Source of the DNA: Spartobacteria bacterium
GTDB taxonomy: Bacteria; Verrucomicrobiota; Kiritimatiellia; RZYC01
Reading direction: 5' to 3'
Assembly (NCBI GenBank): GCA_009930475.1
Contig: RZYC01000002.1
Coordinates: forward strand, 1,121-65,120
Length of the DNA stretch: 64,000 bases
The position numbers and the translations under genes are program-made. Positions 36,765-45,409 of this stretch are shown here, piece by piece. The notes beneath the pieces were generated by a model. The model was not told where the DNA came from, searched no databases, and saw only the letters and a program-made list of their open reading frames with translations. The first letter of the stretch is position 1. Each line of letters starts with the position of its first letter.

Positions 36765-37277
36765 TTAGACTTCCACTTCCACAGGAGCCGCGACAAAGAT
36801 AGAATCTTCGCGACCAGTCCACTGAGGTAATTCACACCGGGCGGCTTTCCAACCGTGATGACACACTTTCCCTTTATAGGGCGGCTCACCGGTAACATTG
36901 CCAGTGAGATGATAGGCAGCAGGATCAAACCCGGCAGGCACTTCGATAGAAGCCCCCTCGGCCTTGTCCGATTGCGGCTGAAAATCAAAGAATCGTTTTA
37001 GTGTGGCGGCACAGCCACGATGCACATCACGCACAGCGGCACCAATCTGGGCATCATTATACTCGTCGAGCGACTCCATCATAAAGTCGATGAAACGCCC
37101 TTCACGTTGCATTGCTGACAACACCGTTAATGCATCACTGCGATGAACAGGCTCTTTTTCCGGAAGAACTTCCACTGCCGGCTCCGATTCTTTTTTCATC
37201 AGTTCCTGCACCTGCTGCGCGAACGCGGCATTGCCCAGCACCTTGAACATCGCTTTAAAAGCTAAACCTAAACTCAT
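36765..37277 (-). CDS. Hypothetical protein (possibly DUF2760), upstream partner of the Hsp70 gene
   Basis: 170 aa, no TM, conserved-looking Cys/His patch KGKVCHHGWKAARC. It ends 68 nt upstream of the Hsp70 start on the same strand. Confidence 0.4.
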   Translation of the reverse strand: MSLGLAFKAMFKVLGNAAFAQQVQELMKKESEPAVEVLPEKEPVHRSDALTVLSAMQREGRFIDFMMESLDEYNDAQIGAAVRDVHRGCAATLKRFFDFQPQSDKAEGASIEVPAGFDPAAYHLTGNVTGEPPYKGKVCHHGWKAARCELPQWTGREDSIFVAAPVEVEV

Positions 37278-37428
37278 TTTTTAAACTCCATTTTTATTAC
37301 CGTGTGTTCGGACTCCCAGTAATACGAAAATCTGCCCGAACCATCTCAAGGCCCCCAACGGTATGTAGCACCTCCATAAAATAAAGTCTCTTTTTAAAAA
37401 AAATAAAGGAAGTTACACGCATAAAATT

Positions 37429-37464
37429 CACAACCTGTTCTTAATCATCAAAAAACAGGTTGTG
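37429..37464 (-). terminator. Candidate intrinsic terminator hairpin (11-bp perfect stem CACAACCTGTT / AACAGGTTGTG, 14-nt loop) downstream of the 37503-38801 gene
   Basis: Perfect inverted repeat about 40 nt after the stop, followed on the minus strand by a T-rich tract. Confidence 0.3.
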
Positions 37465-37502
37465 TTAAAAAAGTGACTTTTAGCGTATCCGATTCCTGAT
37501 TC

Positions 37503-38801
37503 TTACTCATCCATCAAAATGAGATAGGGAACATAAGCTCCGGCAGCACCCTGCGTCACGTCCACACTATCGATTAATCCGTCAAAGAATCGGTCATAAA
37601 AACAGATCGATCCCTCACGTTTCACACTGGTATCGTTCTTAAAGACATTCATTACTAGAGACTGATCGCCCTTGAATTTATAGCCATAACCATATCCATT
37701 CTGATAGCCATATCCTAGAGAATGCCCTCTGGTTGCTTCAGAGAACGTGATCCATGAGACCATCTGTTGCGCATACCAAGTACAGGCCGAACCATAATCC
37801 ACAGAAACAGTGAAGCTTCCGCCATTTTTCGATTTCGTCACGCTTTTCGGGCTAAACTTGAATTCACATGCGGTTTGATCAACATCAAAGGTCTGATCCT
37901 TAAACAGAACACTGCCGCTGCGCTGTGAACGCGAATCATTGGCAAAGACGGACAACTCTACCGTTTGAGGTCCAGTGAAGGCATAATTATATCCGTAGCT
38001 ATAACCATAATTCGTGGATTTCATGGCCACCCAGCTCAGCGTTTTCACATACCATTCACAATTGCTACCAGCGGTGATCGTTACACCCACCGTCGATGCT
38101 TCACTTGGAGCGGCATAACTTGAGGGATTCATCGTAAACGGCACTGCAGGCTGAGTTATCGTCACTGTTTTTCCTGCAATAATGCAGGAACCAGAACGTG
38201 CAGCACATCCTTCATTACTTTCGAGATGGATCAGTAGATTGTTTACTGTTCCGGTAAAGACCGTTTGCACCGATTTTAAAGAAATCCAATCGGACACGGG
38301 AATAAACTGCCACTCGCAGGATTCATTGGATGTGCCCACCTTAATCGTCACATCCTGCGCGATCGATTTACTGCATTCAATGTTCTGAGGCGTAACCGTC
38401 GAGGTGCAGACGGCCACTTCCTGAGTCAGCGTAAATACAGCATCCTTAACCGTCACTGTTCCCACGCGATTCGACGCAGATGAATTTTCAAAAGCTATCA
38501 AATGAACGGTGCCGGAGCCTTGATATCCATATCCAGCAGTATAAGTCGCATTATCAACAGAAGAAATGGTGATCCAAGATTCAGACTCGGCTGGAATCCA
38601 ATATAGGTCAGGTGCATCAATGCCCACATTAAATGAAGGGGTTCCTCCAAAAGCATCTACAGAATCCGATGCCGGATCAAGACTGATACCAGCACGTCCA
38701 TACGCTAGAGATGACAACATCATAACGACACCCAACGACACGACAAACTTCAGCGAATTCATCCGATTCATATATCTATCTCCTATTAGTAACCATCTCA
38801 A
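37503..38801 (-). CDS. Secreted protein with three internal approximately 100-aa repeats (Gly/Tyr-rich motif, beta-rich), function unknown
   Basis: Signal peptide MNSLKFVVSLGVVMMLSSLAYG. The three-fold motif is listed in the finding on this gene. The exact start is uncertain: MNRMNSLKF is an internal start and a TTG start may be in use. Confidence 0.5.
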   Translation of the reverse strand: MRWLLIGDRYMNRMNSLKFVVSLGVVMMLSSLAYGRAGISLDPASDSVDAFGGTPSFNVGIDAPDLYWIPAESESWITISSVDNATYTAGYGYQGSGTVHLIAFENSSASNRVGTVTVKDAVFTLTQEVAVCTSTVTPQNIECSKSIAQDVTIKVGTSNESCEWQFIPVSDWISLKSVQTVFTGTVNNLLIHLESNEGCAARSGSCIIAGKTVTITQPAVPFTMNPSSYAAPSEASTVGVTITAGSNCEWYVKTLSWVAMKSTNYGYSYGYNYAFTGPQTVELSVFANDSRSQRSGSVLFKDQTFDVDQTACEFKFSPKSVTKSKNGGSFTVSVDYGSACTWYAQQMVSWITFSEATRGHSLGYGYQNGYGYGYKFKGDQSLVMNVFKNDTSVKREGSICFYDRFFDGLIDSVDVTQGAAGAYVPYLILMDE

Positions 38802-39038
38802 TGAGGAATCAGCTTCCGGTGGATAGTTAATGTAACGGTGGTTGCCCGATTATGCAACATCTAACAAACAAGACTCGGCATAGATGATCAACAAAAACGC
38901 TACATAACAATTTCCGAACTCAAACGAACCGCCGATCTGCACGAAAATATCCAAAGGGTGTCAAGAAGTAAATTATAGTTAGTCTGATTTATTATATGAT
39001 ATGCCTGTGGGTGGTATGGGCGGGCGAGAAAACATAAA

Positions 39039-40661
39039 TCAGAAGGGAGCGCCACAGGCACGCCAGAAGCGAATTTGGGCCTCGCGGGCGGCGTGACGAA
39101 AGGCTCTGGTTTCAAGGGTGATATCGGCAATTTGTCGAGATAACTGAATGTAGGCATCGGGGGTTAGCTGGCCGCCATTGTTCAATTTTTCAATGAGTCT
39201 TCTTAGGTGATCGACCTGAGGGCGTGTGTTCTGTTCAAACTGGATCTCGGCATCAATGGCCTCGTTCCACTCGCGAAAACGGATGTGGAGATCATTTTCA
39301 GCAGCAATGCGGCTTTTTTCGACTTCACTCCAAGCGGCGAGGACGGAATCTCGGGCATCGGACGAGTGATCAAACCAGTCAAATATCGGGATCGTCACAG
39401 CCGCTTCGATCGACCATTCATGATCGTCGCGGGAGTTGCTGCTTCCGCCTGTTTCGGCTTCACGGCTCCACGAGCGTTCTAGGGAAGAGCCCGTTTCGAC
39501 GCGCTGACTTCCACTGAAAAAGTCTGATACGGAGCTTTCAGAACGATTATCCAGTCCCGTGGCGGTGGTCGTTCCTGTTAACCCGCTGGTTTCATCGCGT
39601 TCCCCCTGTGCATAGGACACATCGATATGACGAATCCATGGCAACAGCCGGGCCTGACTAACACGGTAGCGCGCCTGTATTTCGCCGGCAGACCAATAGA
39701 CGACGGCCACATCGGGACGACCGGTAACGGCATGCTCCAACCATTGTGCGATCGAAGGACGGTCATTCCAGTTGGCCGACAGCCACGACCAGTCAAATAT
39801 AAAACCGGTTTGTGGAACGCGCAGTCCTGTGGCCTGTTCAATATCGGTGCGTGCATCGCGAAGATCGCGTTCACTGCGTGCGCGATCGGACTGAATATCG
39901 AGGGATCGGCGCAAGGCACCGGCGTAATCGGATGCTTTCATTTTTTGAGCGCGTTTCATTTCCTGCTGGCAGATTTCCGTTAGTTTTTCATAGACATGCT
40001 GCTCATACTGGAGCGTTTCCAGTCGAAGAAGCAGCAGTGCCGCTTCAGTCACGGTATCAATTTGCTCCACATGCAGCTTTGCTTCGGCCAGATGCAGTCG
40101 CGCCTGCATTTCACTGGATTCCGCCCGGAACTGCCATGGATTGGGTGGATAGAGTCGCAGTCCAATAGACCAGCCGGTTTGGTCGATATTCTCCCAGCCC
40201 GATCGTTCCCGGTCAGATTGACTGACTGACGTCTGATTTCGTGTACCTGACTGAGTGGAACGTGGTTCTTCGAAAGAAGGATAAACATCCTTGTCCTGGC
40301 TGGAGGATGAACGAAAAGAGGCACCTGTTTCTTCAGAGTGATTCCAGCTGGATGAGGAGCCACCGGCCTGAGACTGCTCCACACCAAAACGAATTTCCGG
40401 AGCCCGAATACGCCCGGCGAATGCGGTACGGGCGGCAGCCTGTCGCACATCAGTGAGACGCGACTGCACACGAGGATTATGTTGAAGTGCGGCATTAACC
40501 AGTTGAAGCATATTGGTTCCGGCACTACCCTCAGCGACCATTTCCAATTCGGCCAGTTCGACATAGATTTCCGGCGGAGCACTGCTTTCGGGCAGGTGCG
40601 TACAGCCGGTGAATCCCAGCAGGCCAATGATTATCCCGAATGTGGCAGGGATCCGCTTCAT
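39039..40661 (-). CDS. TolC-family outer membrane efflux lipoprotein (outer membrane factor)
   Basis: Lipobox LLGFTGC, two-fold repeated OMF helices. Its ATG overlaps the HlyD stop (ATGA). Confidence 0.8.
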   Translation of the reverse strand: MKRIPATFGIIIGLLGFTGCTHLPESSAPPEIYVELAELEMVAEGSAGTNMLQLVNAALQHNPRVQSRLTDVRQAAARTAFAGRIRAPEIRFGVEQSQAGGSSSSWNHSEETGASFRSSSSQDKDVYPSFEEPRSTQSGTRNQTSVSQSDRERSGWENIDQTGWSIGLRLYPPNPWQFRAESSEMQARLHLAEAKLHVEQIDTVTEAALLLLRLETLQYEQHVYEKLTEICQQEMKRAQKMKASDYAGALRRSLDIQSDRARSERDLRDARTDIEQATGLRVPQTGFIFDWSWLSANWNDRPSIAQWLEHAVTGRPDVAVVYWSAGEIQARYRVSQARLLPWIRHIDVSYAQGERDETSGLTGTTTATGLDNRSESSVSDFFSGSQRVETGSSLERSWSREAETGGSSNSRDDHEWSIEAAVTIPIFDWFDHSSDARDSVLAAWSEVEKSRIAAENDLHIRFREWNEAIDAEIQFEQNTRPQVDHLRRLIEKLNNGGQLTPDAYIQLSRQIADITLETRAFRHAAREAQIRFWRACGAPF

Positions 40662-41845
40662 GGAATGATCTCTGCGGAAGTGCATTTACGAATAAGAGCA
40701 CCCCAAAAAGATTTTTCGACACGAGGCAGAGTGATTTCCACCACCTCGCCCGCGATAAGCAAACTCTTTTCCGGCTGTTCCAGGCGTAATATAGCCCGAC
40801 GGGAACGCATCGGCACCATTCGTCCACCAATATTCAACAGCGCCGCCTCCACCCGCACTTCTTCAGACAAAGACTCCACGACGGCGGACAGGTTGACGCG
40901 ACCCTTTTCCCGACAATTCAACGCTCCGATCCTCACAACTTCATTTTCATGCATGCTCATACTCTGCTGCTCCGGAATCAGTGCCACAACCGTGCTCAGC
41001 GATTCGGGAACGATGCGTAAAACAGTGCGGTCAGCACGGATCACTTCCCCCTCTTCGCTACGGACTTCGGAAATAGTCCCCCGACAGGGTGAACGTAAAA
41101 CATAACTGTCTCTATATCGTTTTGTTTCCTGTTCGATGCGCTGCACCATATGCTGTACGTCATCTACGGATATACGCTCGCGATCAAATTGTTCCAGTGC
41201 CTGTTCGGACAATAGAACCTGTCGTTTCGCATCTGCAATAACCTCTTGCAGAGACTGCATGAGCTGCGCATGAATCTGCACAGATTCCTGGAGTTTAGCC
41301 CGCCGCGGCTCCAGCTCCGTTTTTTCGATTTCGTCGATCATGCCCTCGGCAAACGCGACTGAACGACGCGTCTGCTCAATAATCAGCTGCTCCAATTCTG
41401 CCTGATCAATGGCCTGGGTCATACGATACTTCGCCAGTGCCGTTTGACTGTCCGCAAGCCATTCTTTACGTTGCGACAGGTTGTTCACAAGACTGTAACG
41501 ACGGTCATAAATTGACTGCGCAGTGCGCTGCGCATCCAGCAGATCGCCGGCCAGTTCATAATCAATAGAGGCGGTATCCATTTCAACCAGCGGCTGCCCA
41601 TTCGTCACCGTTTCACCGGGAACAACCAGAATACGGCGAATTCGCGCCGTTTCCACAGGGGAAACAACAATGGTTTCCCTCCCTACAATTCCGAGAATAC
41701 GCGTACCAAGCACCCAGTCACTGTCTTTTAAAACCAGCGGTACAGCCAGCAGTGCGGCCAGCACCCACACAAAAAAAGGCCAAGAAGAGTGCAGACGTAC
41801 TTTCCAAGACAAACGAACGGGCACAGACGACCTTTTTCGATTCAT
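40658..41845 (-). CDS. HlyD-family periplasmic adaptor (membrane fusion protein)
   Basis: N-terminal TM anchor, biotinyl/lipoyl-like hairpin GQPLVEMDTASIDYEL, long coiled coil, C-terminal beta-barrel. Confidence 0.8.
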   Translation of the reverse strand: MNRKRSSVPVRLSWKVRLHSSWPFFVWVLAALLAVPLVLKDSDWVLGTRILGIVGRETIVVSPVETARIRRILVVPGETVTNGQPLVEMDTASIDYELAGDLLDAQRTAQSIYDRRYSLVNNLSQRKEWLADSQTALAKYRMTQAIDQAELEQLIIEQTRRSVAFAEGMIDEIEKTELEPRRAKLQESVQIHAQLMQSLQEVIADAKRQVLLSEQALEQFDRERISVDDVQHMVQRIEQETKRYRDSYVLRSPCRGTISEVRSEEGEVIRADRTVLRIVPESLSTVVALIPEQQSMSMHENEVVRIGALNCREKGRVNLSAVVESLSEEVRVEAALLNIGGRMVPMRSRRAILRLEQPEKSLLIAGEVVEITLPRVEKSFWGALIRKCTSAEIIP

Positions 41846-41859
41846 GGAATGTCCCTCCT

Positions 41860-42543
41860 TTATAATTCGACGGTTGTCCGATGCATCATCAACGACGCAT
41901 CCTGCACATGATCCATTTTTTTCACGGCCTCCACTAAATCCATCCGATAGCTCGGATCATACAGGCGCACGTGATACGCGAGCTCCAGCTGATGTCCCTG
42001 ACTGGTCTCGCGCATGGCTACCAAATCAAACTTTCGGCAAAAGTCTGCCAGAATCTTTTCCACCGCATCCTGCACGGCATCGGCCTCCACATTCATGGAG
42101 AAACGCAGCAGGCCCTCCATATTACGCCGCGAAGCGAAAGGCGAAAAATGAAGAAACAAGGCGGCCAGCCCGACACAGATCGCACCGACAACACCCACCA
42201 GGTACGTCGTCGCACCGCAGGCAATCCCCGAAGCGAGACAGGCAAAAAGAAAAATCATATCCCGTGGATCACGAACAGGCGTCCGAAAACGTATGACGGC
42301 CAGCGTCCCGAGAATACCCAGCCCTCTCGCCAGATTATTCCCGATCGCCATAATCAGCATGGCCGTAACCATGCCCCCCAGCACCATGGCATGGATAAAA
42401 GCGCGGGAATAAGAGAACCCCTGAAACGTCCAGCGGTAGATGGCCGCGAACCACATACATAGAACAAAGGAACACAACATGGCCGTGACAATATCCAGCG
42501 TTCCCATAATGCGAGCGGATTCAAATACGGTGGAAAAATCCAT
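41860..42543 (-). CDS. DUF4956-domain inner membrane protein
   Basis: Hallmark AVIRFRTPVRDPRDMIFLFACLASGIACGA between TM helices. It lies 14 nt upstream of the HlyD gene. Confidence 0.6.
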   Translation of the reverse strand: MDFSTVFESARIMGTLDIVTAMLCSFVLCMWFAAIYRWTFQGFSYSRAFIHAMVLGGMVTAMLIMAIGNNLARGLGILGTLAVIRFRTPVRDPRDMIFLFACLASGIACGATTYLVGVVGAICVGLAALFLHFSPFASRRNMEGLLRFSMNVEADAVQDAVEKILADFCRKFDLVAMRETSQGHQLELAYHVRLYDPSYRMDLVEAVKKMDHVQDASLMMHRTTVEL

Positions 42544-42715
42544 GCGTCATTTCCTCAATGGTTTAAAAATAAAGAACAGCGAAAAAGTAACACATCTGTG
42601 AAGAAATGCAAAAATTCATTCATAAAACAAATCGAGCGGGCGTACCGACTGAAAACAACATGAAAAAAGTTGAAAAATATACCCTCCTTGGGTAGACATA
42701 TTGTGGAGGTACAAT

Positions 42716-43774
42716 ATGAATACTACTATAAATGGAATAATCAACGTCTGGAACGCAACCTGGGAAACGGTCGTTGAGATGGCACCCTATCTGCTACTCG
42801 GGTTTGCCATAGCAGGTATTTTCAAAGTACTTATTCGGCGCGCATGGGTGATCGATCATCTGGGGGGCAAAGGCTGGCTGACGACCATCAAGGCCACACT
42901 GATAGGTGTACCCATGCCTCTGTGTTCCTGCGGGGTCATTCCAGTGGCCACCGCGCTAAAAAATCGCGGAGCTGGTAAAGGGGCCACCGCCGCGTTTTTG
43001 TCATCGACACCACAAACCGGAGTGGACAGTGTTCTCGCAACATGGGGTATGCTGGGTTGGCCGGTGGCCATCGTACGGCTGATATCAGCCTTCGCATCGG
43101 GTATTCTCTCTGGATGGCTGGTGGATCATTTTGATCACGAAAGAATTCCGCAGACCTCACCCGATCCGAAAGAAAAATCATCGGCACCGGTGGTGCATAC
43201 ATCACTACGGCAAAAGATAAAAGCAGCACTGAAATATGGCTTTTATGATTTGCCGGGCGATATCGGGGGCTCCGTAATCATCGGATTACTGATCGCAGGT
43301 GTGGTAAGTGCCGTTATTCCACAGAATGCGCTGCCCGGTTATGTGACCGGCGGCTTTACCGGACTGGTTCTCGTCACGCTGATGGCTGTTCCAGTGTACG
43401 TGTGTTCGACAGGTTCCATACCCATTGCTGTGGCACTGGTTCATGCCGGTTTTCCAGTGGGTACCGCCTTTGTTTTTCTAGTGGCGGGTCCGGCCACCAA
43501 CGCGGCGACGGTTAGTGCGTTATGGAAAGTGATGGGACGTCAGAGCGTCATGCTGTACCTGACATCAATCATTGTCGTGTCCTGGATCACGGGCGGCCTG
43601 CTGAATTTGATGAACGCACAAGTCCTCGGATATGTAACCCACAGCGGCATGGATCACAGCGGCATGAGCGAAAGCACGTGGACGGACCCCTTGGCGGGCG
43701 GGCTGCTCCTGCTCGTTCTGGTCTTTCCCATTATACGGGAAAAAATGACAAAGAACGGAAAGACAGAGAAATAA
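42716..43774 (+). CDS. DUF318/YraQ/ArsP-like permease
   Basis: Motif PMPLCSCGVIPVATAL and internally duplicated TM bundles. GGAGG sits 7 nt upstream of the MNTTING start. It is divergent from the DUF4956 gene. Confidence 0.65.
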   Translation: MNTTINGIINVWNATWETVVEMAPYLLLGFAIAGIFKVLIRRAWVIDHLGGKGWLTTIKATLIGVPMPLCSCGVIPVATALKNRGAGKGATAAFLSSTPQTGVDSVLATWGMLGWPVAIVRLISAFASGILSGWLVDHFDHERIPQTSPDPKEKSSAPVVHTSLRQKIKAALKYGFYDLPGDIGGSVIIGLLIAGVVSAVIPQNALPGYVTGGFTGLVLVTLMAVPVYVCSTGSIPIAVALVHAGFPVGTAFVFLVAGPATNAATVSALWKVMGRQSVMLYLTSIIVVSWITGGLLNLMNAQVLGYVTHSGMDHSGMSESTWTDPLAGGLLLLVLVFPIIREKMTKNGKTEK

Positions 43775-43846
43775 AGACAGCTTTCAACCGATAGATCTGC
43801 ACATTGCAAACCTCGCCCAGCCCCTCCCTCGCAAGGCATAAAAAAT

Positions 43847-43920
43847 AAAAAAGTTCCAGACATTGGAACTTTTTAACCACCGCTCCACGAAAAAGTTCCA
43901 ATCATTGGAACTTTTTTTTG
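43847..43920. repeat. Pair of REP-like palindromes between the permease and the regulator
   Basis: 43847-43875 (gttccagacattggaac variant) and 43890-43920 (perfect copy plus T8). Confidence 0.75.
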
Positions 43921-44038
43921 CGCTCCTTCAGCACACCTTCTGTCTATTTTTGTTTTTGCAAATCAGCATTTGTGTGAAAGAATGTTGAACCTTCATAGGG
44001 GTGTTTTCAGATCCACAGAGCAAAGACAGGATGTTTAT

Positions 44039-45394
44039 ATGGCAAAGGTGCTGCTATCCGATAATGATGAACAAACGCTTAAATTACTTCAGGCGCTCAT
44101 GACCAAAGAAGGACATCACGTCTACATAGGTCATACGCCGGAAATCACGGCTCATTTGATGGATACGCTAACCTATGACATATTCATCCTCGGCCTTCAG
44201 AGCAACACAGATGGCGGAATACATCTTCTGGAAAAAAGCTTATCCGCGCATCCCGGCACGCCGGTTATCCTGATGGCCGCAAAAGTTGATATCCCTACCG
44301 CATTGCTTGCGTTGAAGCGCGGTGCCTATGATTTTCTCGTCAAACCCATTTACATCAATGATTTCCTGTCGATTTTCTCCCATTGCGTAAAATGCCTGGA
44401 AATGAAAACAAACATGATCAATGGAAACGGTCTTTATAAAACCAATGAATCCTATCGTGATCTGATTGCCGAATCCGATTACATGAAGAAAATTCTCAAG
44501 AAACTTCCCCTGCTAGTCCATGGAAATATCAACTATCTCATTCACGGAGAATTTGGTACCGGACGGTCGACGATTGCATCAATCCTGAGTAAAAAAGAGC
44601 ACCTCAAACGAAAATCGAAATGCATAACCCTCTCCTGTCTGGAATACTCCACGAACATTGATGAAGCCATTATCTATGGCGGAAAATGCAATCTCAACGC
44701 ACTTAAAAACCAGGTCGAAGGCGCCATAGCCAACCTGCGTCCCGATGATGTCCTCATTATTAAAGATGCTCAGGCGATGCCCTTTGAAATCATGGACATG
44801 CTCTTGCCATTCATTGCCGGCGACCAGTTAAGCAGAGCATGGATTCAACAGCTGAAAAGCGCGACACTGCCCGAATCACGCATCAAAAAAACGGTTTGCC
44901 AAATTATTCTGATTACTTCTGACATCAGCAAAGGACATAACGCTACCAATCCTTTTCTGCGAAATTTCATCCATCTCATCCCCCATGCCCAGCTGTTTCT
45001 TCCGCCTCTGCGAGAGCGACGTGAAGCCATTCTTCCGCTGGCCTCTTTCTTTCTGGATCGCAATACCAGTGCGGGAATGCCGGCCTTCCACCTCAGCAAT
45101 GATCTTCAGCGTATTCTCGAATCCTATACCTGGCCGGGCAATATCAATGAGCTGCAGCAGGCCATCTTTTTTATGCAGACGCAGGCCTATGACAATATGC
45201 TGCGGCCGGAATATCTGCCCATGCTGATCCAGGTATCCATAGGCATACTAGCATCGGAAACACTGGCGGAATCCTATATGAGACAATTCAAAGGCCACGC
45301 ATTTCGAGCCTTTTTGGAACGCCACATGAATGAGGCATCCAAGCGATTGAAAAAAATGAAATCGTCAACCCAAACTTCGCCCGAGTCCATCTAA
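44039..45394 (+). CDS. NtrC-family-like regulator with REC domain and a degenerate sigma54-interaction AAA+ domain, no recognisable HTH
   Basis: REC: VLLSDNDE ... DIFILGL ... LVKP. AAA+: GEFGTGRST instead of GESGTGKE, no GAFTGA, Walker B IIKD, conserved C-terminal YTWPGNINEL. The tail has no Fis-type HTH. Confidence 0.55.
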   Translation: MAKVLLSDNDEQTLKLLQALMTKEGHHVYIGHTPEITAHLMDTLTYDIFILGLQSNTDGGIHLLEKSLSAHPGTPVILMAAKVDIPTALLALKRGAYDFLVKPIYINDFLSIFSHCVKCLEMKTNMINGNGLYKTNESYRDLIAESDYMKKILKKLPLLVHGNINYLIHGEFGTGRSTIASILSKKEHLKRKSKCITLSCLEYSTNIDEAIIYGGKCNLNALKNQVEGAIANLRPDDVLIIKDAQAMPFEIMDMLLPFIAGDQLSRAWIQQLKSATLPESRIKKTVCQIILITSDISKGHNATNPFLRNFIHLIPHAQLFLPPLRERREAILPLASFFLDRNTSAGMPAFHLSNDLQRILESYTWPGNINELQQAIFFMQTQAYDNMLRPEYLPMLIQVSIGILASETLAESYMRQFKGHAFRAFLERHMNEASKRLKKMKSSTQTSPESI

Positions 45395-45409
45395 CCTGTC
45401 GCATCAAGT

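Noticed and set aside
34916-36988. 690-aa form of the Hsp70 ORF with a 97-aa N-terminal extension
   Set aside because: The extension has no similarity to Hsp70 N-termini. The internal Met at complement 36697 is followed by the conserved MKKYAIGIDLGTTNS start and preceded by a GGAGG-like site.
36765-38801. Possibility that the secreted repeat protein, Hsp70 pair and efflux-like operon form one defence or toxin island
   Set aside because: There are no nuclease, NTPase, toxin or immunity-like domains. The genes are separated by terminator-like hairpins and have unrelated functions. This was left as separate observations.
42544-42715. Searched the DUF4956/permease divergent intergenic region for small ORFs or riboswitch-like structure
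   Set aside because: The region is only 172 bp, AT-rich, with no conserved-looking stem-loops beyond promoter-like A/T tracts. Nothing I can support.
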